Below, in pieces: positions 1 to 9,912 of a stretch of DNA of 42,909 nt. Each line of letters starts with the position of its first letter. Positions within the stretch are counted from its first letter, which is position 1. The notes beneath the pieces were generated by a model. It made no database searches and was not told where the DNA came from. It saw only the letters and a list, made by a program, of their open reading frames with translations. Source of the DNA: Seison nebaliae (taxonomy: Eukaryota); NCBI GenBank assembly GCA_023231475.1, contig JALJEE010002326.1, positions 62,001-104,909 on the forward strand. The letters run 5' to 3'. The translations under genes and the position numbers were made by a program.

Positions 1-2
1 GT

Positions 3-869
3 GAATTTGAGTCCTCTACTAATAATATACGTGAAATGGGATGCGATTTAATGCCAGATGAAATTTTCTTCAAAAAAAACGAAGTTGTCGATGCTTTCAA
101 TTCATTATTATTAATTTCCCAGGGCTTCTCGAAAATTAAATATAAAACTATGAAAATTGCCTACTTCTCAACTGGGAACGAAATAGTGCCGATGGAACAA
201 TTTGATTTCGAGCGAAAGGAATCTAATTGTGTAATGGACTATAATCATGAAATTGTCAAACATATAATTTCATCATTATCATTGGATAATTCAATAATCA
301 AGTTCCAATCATATGGTGTAGCATCTGATACGTATGAAAATGTAAGTGAAATTTTCGGTAAAGTCCTAGACGATGGCCCGTCATTAATTATAACAAGTGG
401 TGGCATCTCAATGGGAAAAAGGGATTTCATTTACGAATATTTAACAAGGAACTGTGAAATTAAAATAAATGGAGTTCATATTAAACCGGGTAAACCGTTC
501 ACATTTTCTATGTTCAAAAATATTCCCATTTTTTCATTACCTGGAAATCCGGTAAGTACATATGTGACTTGTCGATTATTTGTTACACCATTCATTGGAG
601 GTTTTGATAAGATAACAAGAAAAATTTCGTATAACATAAAACCAGTCAAGTTCAACTTTCTGATAAATAGATCATCAGAATATTCAGATAACCGAATCGA
701 ATTCATTCCAATTAATGCGGACAACATTCCAGCTGTATATCAATGTGGTACTTCCGCAGCTGTGAAACTTCTCTCCAATACAAATAGCTTATACGTAAGA
801 GCAAATAACCCTGATGACATAATGAAAAATCTGACAGATTATAAGGGATATTTAATTAAATTTGATTAA
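3..869 (+). CDS. GPHN: Gephyrin/Cnx1/MoeA-type molybdopterin molybdenumtransferase (E domain), 5'-truncated by the window edge
   Basis: The frame is open from the window start (EFESSTNNIREMGCDL, the NIRxxGxD motif). MoeA/gephyrin-E motifs follow: FSTGNEI, ITSGGISMGKRDFI, IKPGKPFTF, SLPGNPVS. Stop at 867-869; no intron in this part. Whether a G domain lies upstream cannot be seen. Confidence 0.9.
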   Translation, partial: EFESSTNNIREMGCDLMPDEIFFKKNEVVDAFNSLLLISQGFSKIKYKTMKIAYFSTGNEIVPMEQFDFERKESNCVMDYNHEIVKHIISSLSLDNSIIKFQSYGVASDTYENVSEIFGKVLDDGPSLIITSGGISMGKRDFIYEYLTRNCEIKINGVHIKPGKPFTFSMFKNIPIFSLPGNPVSTYVTCRLFVTPFIGGFDKITRKISYNIKPVKFNFLINRSSEYSDNRIEFIPINADNIPAVYQCGTSAAVKLLSNTNSLYVRANNPDDIMKNLTDYKGYLIKFD

Positions 870-1525
870 TATAAAATAATGTAATTATTATTCAAAAATT
901 GATAAATCACTCTAACTCTCTTATCTTCTTTCTAATCACTTTCTGTAATAGCATATTTATTTCAATTCTTTGCAATATTGATGGATTGTTATTAATATTA
1001 TTTGATTAATCAAATTGATCTTTACGCTAATGATTAGTCCTTGTTTATGCATTAAGGCGAAGAAAATTTTCAGTTGCATGCATATAAATGCCAATACAGA
1101 GTATATGATAATTTTAATATTAAATAGTCAATTGAATACACATCTTTTCTGGTCAGCAGAAAAGATCGAGAGTCAGATTGAAAGATATAAAATATTAATT
1201 AAAAGTCGCGATTTTCCCATTCGTCTCGTCACAAAAGCATATCAAAATCATTCCTTTCCATCTGCAGGAAAGTTGGTTTATAGTCGAGATCTAATTTTTT
1301 TGAACGATAATTATTTCCTTTCGGTATAATACTAGCAGTATGTAAAATGATATAAATGTATGAAGGCATAATATTGTCCGATAAAGGACTAAACAATAAA
1401 GAAACAAATGTTTGGTAATAACGATTTATATTTAAAGGTCAAAGCGTCATATGTGAAAGAAAAATAATTAGGTTATTATATTATTATGTTAGAGTTGAAG
1501 TGTATTCCGTTATGGATGTTTCTTC

Positions 1526-3623
1526 TTATTCTGCCATTCTTTTTCGTCGACTTCGTGTGTTGTAACTCGATCGAAAAAGTCCTGATGTAGATCATTTTAA
1601 TTGAAAGAATTACTATGGAAAAAAATAACAACCTGAAACACTCTCATTAGTAGTTGTTTTCATCGAGTTGCTTCTTTTAATCGGTGAGGATAATGATGAA
1701 TCCATCTTATCTTTTAGAGTTTGCATCATACTAAAACTCTTACTGACTGACGTCAATTGTGATGTTTGTTCTGATATTGTGTATCCTTCATCCATTAGTT
1801 TAAAATTTTTCTGCATAAATCCCTCGATACTTGTCAATAGTGTGACATTGTCTTTGTCGTTAATTCTTGTATGTTTCTGCAACCATTGAGCAAAATCAAT
1901 TCGGGAATTATTCAATTTCACCAGTAATTCTAAAATATCTGATAGGTTAAAAATTCGCTGATGCTACAGAAGGTCAGTGGGAATTACATTATGGAAAAGA
2001 AATTAATTTCCAACTTTGAAATCGCAACAGACAAATTTGTTAATGCCTACTACCTCATTCAACTTCGGATTGTCATCAATATGACAATCTGCTAAATTTA
2101 TTTTTGTGTTTTTCTTTGTTTCCGTTGTAGTTCTAGTAGTAGTAGGAGGAGAACTGGTTAATGCAGTAGTAGGAGGAGGAGGAGTAGTTAATGCAGTAGT
2201 AGTAGGAGGAGTAGTTAATGTAGTAGTAGTAGGAGGAGGAGTAGCTAATACAGTGGTAGGAGGAGAAGTAGTTAATGTAGTAGTGGTCAAGAGTAGTTGT
2301 TCGGTTTTTGATTGTCTTGTGAACTGTTGTGTCTCATTAGTTTGAGTTAATGTCGAATCATGTTCAGCAGGAGTTAATGTGTTACTTGTGGTTTCGGTTT
2401 GTGTGAGTATTGACGATATAGGAGCAGATATTAAAGTTTCTGTATCACTGTAACATCTTTCGGTTATTTGCATTGTTCTTCGAATCTTATTCCTCTTTGA
2501 TAATTTATCTACTATTGTTTCTGTCAAATCTGATTCCGATTGATTATTGAATCTTTTTATTCTAATTGGATTATTTTGTTGCTTATTTTTTAATTCCATA
2601 ATTTTCGAAGATTCTTCCATCAGTTTCAATATATCTGACGGTTTTTTAACTGTGGACGACGATCCTTTAGAATAGGAATTATTTGATGATTCCTAATTCA
2701 AATAGTTAAATAATCGAATAAAATTTAATATAATTACAAACTGTTAATTTCGATGTATTATCTTCTTCCTGTTGTATTTCTGAATATTTTGGCTCATAAA
2801 TTGATAGACCAGTCCATGGGTTTATATCTTCACTTGGAGGATTGACAGTATTTAAACGGAACGATGAAATAGAATCATTTTCCGATGACTAAAAATTGAA
2901 CTAGAATTAGAGACTTATGCGAAATTCAACTTCAAAAGTCAACGATTTCGACTCTTCCATTGTTTCATCAGATCTGTCAGAAGAGTAATCTTCTGAAGCA
3001 ATTCTGACACTTACCGGTACAACTGTTCTTTCTTTTTCAATCTTTAAATTAATTATGTAACATGACTTATCATTTTTATAATCCTGAACTTCACAATTAA
3101 CTTGATTCATACCATCATTTTTGTTGTTTATCGTTTTTCCATTTCTCAATTGTTTTCCTGGTTTATTTTTCAAGGATTGTTTTGCTTTCGATATCCTTCC
3201 ATCCAGTGTGTTGTTATTTTTCGATTGACTTTGTATTTGATGTTTCAACAACTGTGAATTGATTTCAATTTGTTTATCTTTCACTTTTCTTACTCTATTA
3301 CAGTTAATTTTTTTATTAGCTACTGAAATTATTTCTTTTTCTGCACAATTTACCAAATTCTTATCATTCGAACAAATTACATTAAGTGCATGTTGCACAC
3401 CTTCATCGTCAGTCAAAATCAGAAATCCATTTGTTTCATTAGAAGCTAATTTTGGATTTTCTTCATATGTCAAAGTTCCCTGGATCATTTCTTCCTTTCC
3501 CGAATCATTAGTAAATCTTATTGGAATCTTATTACCATCTAATCCGTTCAAGTCACAATTCAACATGTTAGAACCAGGTGGAATTGTTATATTGATTTTC
3601 TCTCCTTTTTCATAATTAATCAT
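1526..3623 (-). CDS. Hypothetical protein (~634 aa, 5 exons) with a Thr/Pro-rich repeat; no family recognised
   Basis: Exons 3623-2931, 2888-2742, 2692-2015, 1963-1633 and 1581-1526 join in frame (1905 nt) through GT-AG introns of 42, 49, 51 and 51 nt. This unites ORFs 2907..3623, 2003..2629 and 1613..1921. A probable 5'UTR intron lies at about 3641-3682. Confidence 0.75.
2131..2290 (-). repeat. Degenerate coding tandem repeat encoding LTTPPPTTT-like units
   Basis: About five copies of gtagtagtaggaggaggagtagttaat-like units (~30 bp) on the + strand, translating to TTPPTTTALTTPPPPTTALT on the - strand. Confidence 0.85.
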
Positions 3624-4325
3624 TTTATTTGAGCAATATCTAAATAAATAAAATTCAAATAGAAACCGAATAGTAAAATAACTTTCTTAATATTTTTCAC
3701 AATAAAATTTTTTAATATTTACTTTTTTAATTTCGAATTATGTTCGCGCATTTAACGATTTCAATTTGTCTTCAATGTAACAATTTATCTCCTTTCCTAT
3801 AGAATCTATACTATAATTTTCAATACGTATGCATACATATATACATATACTTATATTTATATATGTATACGTATACTTTAACCGTATATATACGTTGTAT
3901 TATCTTATACATAAATTTATCTGCACTTCAATCATATTTCTATGTGGAGAATTTAACTGTTCGTTTCGAAGTAAGCCAGATATATTTCAATTTTGTTCAA
4001 CTATATCTTTGAACAGTCGATGAAACTTAAAAGAACTTCCTACCTTCTAAAAGTTTAGAGATAAATATATTAATGCAATGTTCACATATGAATCTCTGTC
4101 AATATCTGCAAATAAGCAATTTTAAGTATCAAGTTATTTCAAAAAAAAAGAATGATTTAATAATAGATGGAATATTATATAAAATATTTAGTACTATTAA
4201 AAGAAATTTCTATTAAATTTAATGATTTTGATTTGGTTTAAAAACAATTAATTATCATTCATTTTCACTGGTGTTTTAATCCATAACGTACATCATATTC
4301 CTCTAACATACTAGAAATTCTCCAT

Positions 4326-4994
4326 TTAAAAAACGACCAAATCATTACAGAAATGCCAATATGATATGAAAAATATATCTATATTAAGAATGAATTATTC
4401 ATTTTAAGTACTATTACTCACGAAAGATTTTCCATATACTGTAACCTCCATTCCATCCATTAACCTAAAGAAATTGATCATTTTTAAAATTAAACCAAAA
4501 TCCAACCTTAATCCAACATTCCCCATCTCGACCACTTCTACTCATTTCCATCCGAAAAATGAAGTTTGACCATCTCTATAAAAAAATAAAATATTAATAA
4601 ATTTTAAATAAATAATTAATTTCCAGAAACTTCTCATATCATTGTCCTTACTCTTTTCTCCACAACAATTTGATTTTCTCTTAAAGAACAAACATTAGAA
4701 TATAATTTCGAAATTAATTCTAACTCTTCATATTCCTCATCCTATCAACCAATTGTCCATAAACCTCTTGGTACGAGAAACTCGTCTTCGACTATCAATT
4801 TCTTTTTGCATTCTATGACAATTAGAAAAATAATTTTAAAAGAAATAAGAAGTAAAACCTTTTGACAATTTCAACTTCAAACAGAAAGACTTTCCCAAAC
4901 CAAGTCTTCGATTGCCTTTTGTAAAAATTTTATTCAACATCTTAAACGAAAAACAGAAAAGATTCAAATATAAAAAGAATTTTTGAAAAAGAAC
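4326..4994 (-). pseudogene. Multi-exon unprocessed pseudogene or spliced lncRNA
   Basis: Six intron-like segments: 4994-4941, 4858-4813, 4724-4680, 4630-4576, 4506-4465, 4421-4379 (42-55 nt, GT..AG, T-rich). Splicing from ATG 4940 gives a frame running to TAA 4326-4328 but interrupted by three stops (TGA TAG, then TGA). Confidence 0.5.
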
Positions 4995-5368
4995 CTTTCA
5001 ACAATTCAACGTATTTTTCTAAATCAACTGACTAACAAATTTTCAATATTCCTTTTATACTGAACATTCAATTGTTTAATTTCATATTACCGTTGTTGTA
5101 GGAAGTTGAATGATATTCAAATTTTGATAATTCTTCAATTTCTTTGTTAAGCTTATTAAATAATTTGATATATTATTTAATTGTTAAATATTAAATATCA
5201 AATTTTGAAGTTAATTATTATTCGACTATGAGTTACAAAAGGACTCACTTTGTTAAAAGTCAATTCATAAATGTCAATTTGAAGATTGAGAAATATTCCA
5301 CAAAAACAGAAAATTTGATAGTTAAATATGGAACTAGAAAATTTTGAACAAGAGATAGCGCTCACGTA

Positions 5369-5723
5369 ACGGTACCTAATTCGGAATCGATTTTTATAAA
5401 ATGGATAGCAAATTGATCGTCTATTATTTCTTAACTTATGTTTAAAATTTCAGATCAATAACGTCAATATTCTTTATTTTATGGATAAAAGTATAAGAAA
5501 CATTTTTTAAGTTTTTCGCTAATTTTTGACTATAAAGTACTAAAAATGCAAAATACTACTACTTGTAAAGTAATACTTTTTAGTCAACAATTAGCGAAGA
5601 ACTTAAAAAATATTGACGAAGAAGAATATTGACGTTATTGATCTGAAATTTTAAACATAACTAAGAAATAATAGACGATCAATTTGTGATCTATTTTATA
5701 AAAATCGATTCCGAATCGACCGT
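5369..5723. mobile_element. Foldback MITE-like non-autonomous DNA element, possibly Tc1/mariner-derived
   Basis: Long inverted arms: about 5379-5474 vs 5621-5716, and 5503-5539 vs 5574-5610. Termini ACGGT...ACCGT are flanked by TA on both sides (5367-68, 5724-25). No ORF. Confidence 0.7.
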
Positions 5724-6802
5724 TAACAATTGTAAAACAGATAAGGAATCTTTAAGATCTGACCGTCGCCAGATGATTCAACGGTCTAACGACTATTAAA
5801 GTTTTTTAAATAGTTATCGCTCGATTAAAGATTTTCGTCTTAACTTCGGCCACTTCCTTAGCTGTGACTTGTTAGGAAAGAAGTGAAAACACAATAATTA
5901 TAAATTATATTTCAGAATCAGTCTAAAATTCGGACAAAATGAATCAGGGGAACTCCAGGGTGGTCGAGACTACTGACCTACGGGACACTAAAGAACGATA
6001 ATTTATAAGTTAAAATAGATTAGAATAACTTCGCCACATGGCTAGTCTACAAAGTTTGATACATCAATGAAGTAGAAAAATCATAAAAAATATGCAGGAA
6101 AATAAAGTCCAAAATGTGAGAAATTTTTATGAGAATAATTTTTCCATGGTAAATATGGGGACAAACCGCAGTTTTTTCACGGTAAATATGTTGAAAATCG
6201 TAGTCAGAATTTTGTAACGAGTATCACTTGATTTCAAAATTTATTTTGAAAACAAAATATGAATATCGATATAAAATTGATCTTTTCTTTTATAGTAGTC
6301 CTTCGTCACTTTCTTTACACGATATCTCCTTTTTTGACATAGGCCCTTCTCTTGATCTCTCTCGCTTTCTCTTTCCTCATCTTCTTCTTTAGCTCTTCTA
6401 AGCCGCCACCGCTACAATATATATTTTTTTTCGTTTTTTATTATAATATATTATATAATAATTATATATATTATAAAATTATAATATTTGTTTTTATATA
6501 ATATTATATTTTTTTTATATTATAAAATCAAATCCCCTCGGGATAAATTAAAAATAATATCTCGTAGATAAGTCGGAACAAGAGCGGTAATCTCGAAATT
6601 TGAGATAATACGAAGAGCTTCATTCATAAGCATTAGAAGAAAAAAAATTGTATGTTTTTTCTTTATCATATAATCGAAAACATATGCTATTCCTTTTAAT
6701 TCAGACTTTATTTGCCATATTAAGTTACTTTAACACCAATTTTACATTTTTATATCAGAAATTTTAACGGCTTTACCTAACTTCGAACCTTTCGGCGAGA
6801 TT

Positions 6803-6937
6803 TTTGGCTTTTTTCTATTCTGTGTGTAGATGTAGGTAGGTATATTCTATATATAATTCTGTATAAAAAATTATTTAAAATAAACAAATTGTATATAATA
6901 CATATCTACATCTACTTACAGAGTAGAAAAGGCCAAA
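6803..6937. repeat. Imperfect inverted repeat (~135 bp hairpin)
   Basis: Left arm tttggcttttttctattctgtgtgtagatgtag matches the reverse complement of the right arm, tttggccttttctactctgtaagtagatgtag; pairing continues into the AT-rich interior. Confidence 0.75.
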
Positions 6938-7071
6938 GTTTGATACCAGGTGTTTTTGGTAGACAATAGATCTAATGAGGTTTCCCAGTGTATGTTCAAA
7001 TTCTGTTCGAAGCGATGAATTTGTTTTTACTTTTTAAAAATTTGGGGAAAAAAATTACAAAAAATCTTAAC

Positions 7072-7144
7072 CGCCCACCCAGGGGCTCGAACCCTGGACC
7101 TTAGGATTAAAAGTCCCACGCTCTACCGACTGAGCTAAGCGGGC
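7072..7144 (-). tRNA. trnK-UUU: tRNA-Lys (anticodon UUU)
   Basis: 73-nt cloverleaf: GCCCGCT TA GCTC AGTCGGTA GAGC G TGGGA CTTTTAA TCCTA AGGTC CAGGG TTCGAGC CCCTG GGTGGGC G. A and B boxes intact, no encoded CCA, and a TTTTT Pol III terminator a few bases downstream (~7059-7064). Confidence 0.97.
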
Positions 7145-7502
7145 TTATTAGAATCTTAATTTCCTTCATTAATCGATGTCATTCTAAGGTCATCATCAAT
7201 TGTTACAAATTGAAGGGGAAGTTTGTGCTCTAATTGATTGACTCTAATTGACCAGTAGAACTGTGAATATGATCCACCAGCTAAGAATGATAATATAAAC
7301 TACCAAAATGGTGCATAGGAAAATGGGATTTATATGGTGATTCTGTTCTTTTCATAATACGTGCAGATTCTTTTATCAACAGTTAATCTAATTAGAATTC
7401 AGTGACATTGAACAAAATTCATTAAAATTTAATAAATATTTGATAAAATTCAAAAGTGGTTTTTTTGAGTCCACAATTATAATTCATATTAATGCTGAAT
7501 AA

Positions 7503-9008
7503 TTATTGAACAATATCAACGTTGTCATCTTCAGGAAGAGGTGTAGTCGGATCAACTGTAACTGTTGGTTTCTTTATTCCGAAGAGGTTTTGGAAGAAAC
7601 CTTGAACTTGTTTCATAAAATCGTTCATTTTTTTACTCATTTCATCGAAGTTAAAAAAATTTTGTAACATTTGTTCAATTTGTAGTTTGCGGACCTCTCT
7701 GGCATATCGAGTTGAACCAAATTGATTTTTACTAAAACCTTTCATTAATAATTTCTTAAGAATCTCTTTCATTAAAATTTTGAATTCTTCTGGGGCTTCA
7801 TCTAAAGGAACTAAATCAGAATGAGCATTGGCCAAACCAGATGCGAAAGAAAGAAGAAGCATCGGTGAAATATCTTTATCATCGTCGTCATCTTCATCTT
7901 CATCATCCAAATAATCTTCTTGATCATGTTCTTTGGTCATTGGAAAATCGATATCTCGTCTTTCCACGTTTTTCCAAGTTTGAAGAAATGGAAATTTCTT
8001 TAACAATTTTTGCATTTTTGCTAAGGCTTTTTGACGTCTAGCTTCTTTTCGGACAGCTCGTTGTTTTGCTTTCCATTCTAAAAAGTTACTTCTGTTCAAT
8101 TCAATTTTTCCGGACATTTGGGCGATAAAATTACCTAGATTCAATTTATGACGACCATGAAGTATATTTGAACTATTATTAACATTGTTGGTATTATTCA
8201 TTAATTGATTATTAACAATTTCGGTCGTATCGTTTATACCGTTGGTCATATTTTGTACACTTGTTCCATTAGTCATTGTATTGTTGATGAAATTCGTTTC
8301 ATTCGTCAATGTCTGATTCTTGCTCAACGTGAAATTAGTTAACGATTCATTAATTGATCGACGGACAACACCGGAAAGGAAATCCTGAAGATTGTTTTGG
8401 AATGAAGTCATATCGGGAGCAGCTCGTCCTTGGCCTTCCATCATTTGGGCGGCACTACTGTTAGAACCAACATTTTGAACTTGGATCATTGACGACATTT
8501 GGCTCATCATTTGCATTAACATAGTCATCATTCCGTCTAATGATGGAGGTTGTGCTCCAGGCATTTGTGGAGCTGTTGGTTGAGGAGCTCTTTGTGGGTA
8601 ATTGTAACTTGGTTGTTGTGGGATTGGTGGCATTCCTGGGAAATTATTGTTTGGTGATGGTGGCATTGGTGGCATTCCGGGGAAAGTAAAGTTTGGCTGT
8701 TGTGGCATTGGTGGCATTCCTGGGAAAGTAAAATTCGGTTGCTGTGACATTGGAGGCATTCCTGGAAAGTTATTATCTTGTGAAGGTGGCATACCTGATT
8801 GACTACCTGAGAAGTCCTGTGGCATTTGCAACATTCCGAAGTAATTTTGATTTTGGGACATCGAATCGTCCATGCCCATATAATCATCATAACTTCCCAT
8901 CATGTCCATAAATTGCCAATCATTATCATCAAAATAGCGACTTCTGGCTTCAAATGCCGTTAAGGCACAAAAGAGAACAAACAGAATATTTAGTGGACGT
9001 TGAATCAT
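7503..9008 (-). CDS. Intronless putative secreted protein (~501 aa), Met/Pro/Gln-rich with FPGMPP repeats
   Basis: First ATG at 9008 in aaaaATG context, followed by a signal-peptide-like MIQRPLNILFVLFCALTAFEA. It has GMPP repeats, many N-x-S/T sites, a basic helix and an acidic D/E tract. No family recognised. Confidence 0.8.
   Translation of the reverse strand: MIQRPLNILFVLFCALTAFEARSRYFDDNDWQFMDMMGSYDDYMGMDDSMSQNQNYFGMLQMPQDFSGSQSGMPPSQDNNFPGMPPMSQQPNFTFPGMPPMPQQPNFTFPGMPPMPPSPNNNFPGMPPIPQQPSYNYPQRAPQPTAPQMPGAQPPSLDGMMTMLMQMMSQMSSMIQVQNVGSNSSAAQMMEGQGRAAPDMTSFQNNLQDFLSGVVRRSINESLTNFTLSKNQTLTNETNFINNTMTNGTSVQNMTNGINDTTEIVNNQLMNNTNNVNNSSNILHGRHKLNLGNFIAQMSGKIELNRSNFLEWKAKQRAVRKEARRQKALAKMQKLLKKFPFLQTWKNVERRDIDFPMTKEHDQEDYLDDEDEDDDDDKDISPMLLLSFASGLANAHSDLVPLDEAPEEFKILMKEILKKLLMKGFSKNQFGSTRYAREVRKLQIEQMLQNFFNFDEMSKKMNDFMKQVQGFFQNLFGIKKPTVTVDPTTPLPEDDNVDIVQ
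8610..8795 (-). repeat. Coding tandem repeat, ~42-bp (14-aa) unit, five GMPP copies
   Basis: GMPPSQDNNFP / GMPPMSQQPNFTFP / GMPPMPQQPNFTFP / GMPPMPPSPNNNFP / GMPPIPQQP. Confidence 0.9.
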
Positions 9009-9044
9009 TTTTAATTCACTTACTTTTCCGCTACAACCTATCAC

Positions 9045-9053
9045 TTTTATATA
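9045..9053 (-). promoter_or_regulatory. Candidate TATA box of the secreted-protein gene
   Basis: TATATAAAA(G) on the - strand, 36 nt upstream of ATG 9008. The AT-rich background lowers specificity. Confidence 0.5.
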
Positions 9054-9480
9054 GAAGAAATAAGTGGGCGTTTATCGTTGTTTGCAATGGATTTATCATG
9101 GTTCACTTAAACAAATTTCAAAAAAATAGTCACCTATTCTTCCAAAAAAAATTGTAAATTGGAGAGTTAAGGGACATAACAGAAAAATGTGAATCCTTAA
9201 ATAATATAATACATATAATTTCAATTGTTCATCAATAATTATCTCAAAAAGAAATTTTGATGGTGTTGTGTTAAGTGATTTTGTTCCATTTCAAATTACC
9301 CGAAAAGAGTTTAATTGATTATCCAAACTTAATTAGGTCTCATTGAATCATTATTGAAAGTTCTTTTAGTTTAACAATTCAATTGAAAGAAGTTAAAAAA
9401 GAACAAAATTCCATGTTTGTTCATTAACAATTCATAATTAAAAGATATTTGAATTATTGAAATTTATTGTGAGAAATGGC

Positions 9481-9504
9481 AATAATAATAATAATAATAA
9501 TAAT
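9481..9504 (+). repeat. (AAT)8 microsatellite
   Basis: Read directly from the sequence. Confidence 0.9.
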
Positions 9505-9912
9505 ATCAATAACAATTTGTGTCATTCATTTTTAAATAAACTTTGCATAATACAGTAAGAGAAGAGAACGATGCCTTTATCAATGGAGGAAGAAAAGGGA
9601 AAATGTGAAAGTGAAGCAAACGAGAAAGATATCTTATAAATTTGATGGAATTTTATTTACATGAAATTTTCAGATATCTGTAAAATAGATGATAAAACTG
9701 AAGTTTGTATTGAGGAAAAGAGAAACTAGTGTGAACTTTGGATAAATTTTCAATAAAATTGTTTTGACCAGATATTTGATGGAATGCGCTGGCTCTCCAT
9801 CCAAATATTAGAAACAACGATTTTAAATCAGAAAATTATTCTTTTAATGGATTGATGATTCGTGGAGAGCGAATAATTCAAGAAAACTAATCTATAACAA
9901 GAAAACAATGTA

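Noticed and set aside
1015..1329. 104-aa ORF
   Set aside because: Non-ATG start, no motifs, and it lies between two convergent 3' ends.
3732..3749. CDE/CHR-like GCGCG...TTCGAA upstream of the unknown gene
   Set aside because: Spacing differs from the canonical arrangement and the TSS is unknown.
4326..4940. Stop-codon reassignment as an explanation for the in-frame stops
   Set aside because: Well-supported genes here end in TAA or TGA and use TGG for conserved Trp with no internal stops, so the standard code fits.
6940..7030. Faint U1 snRNA-like words (gatct..ggtttcccag, aatttg)
   Set aside because: No ACTTACCTG 5' end and no recognisable U1 stem-loops.
7142..7158. GGCTTATTAGAATCTTA resembles my recollection of the bdelloid rotifer spliced-leader exon
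   Set aside because: It overlaps the tRNA 5' end on the opposite strand, and no donor or Sm site follows at the expected place; likely coincidence.
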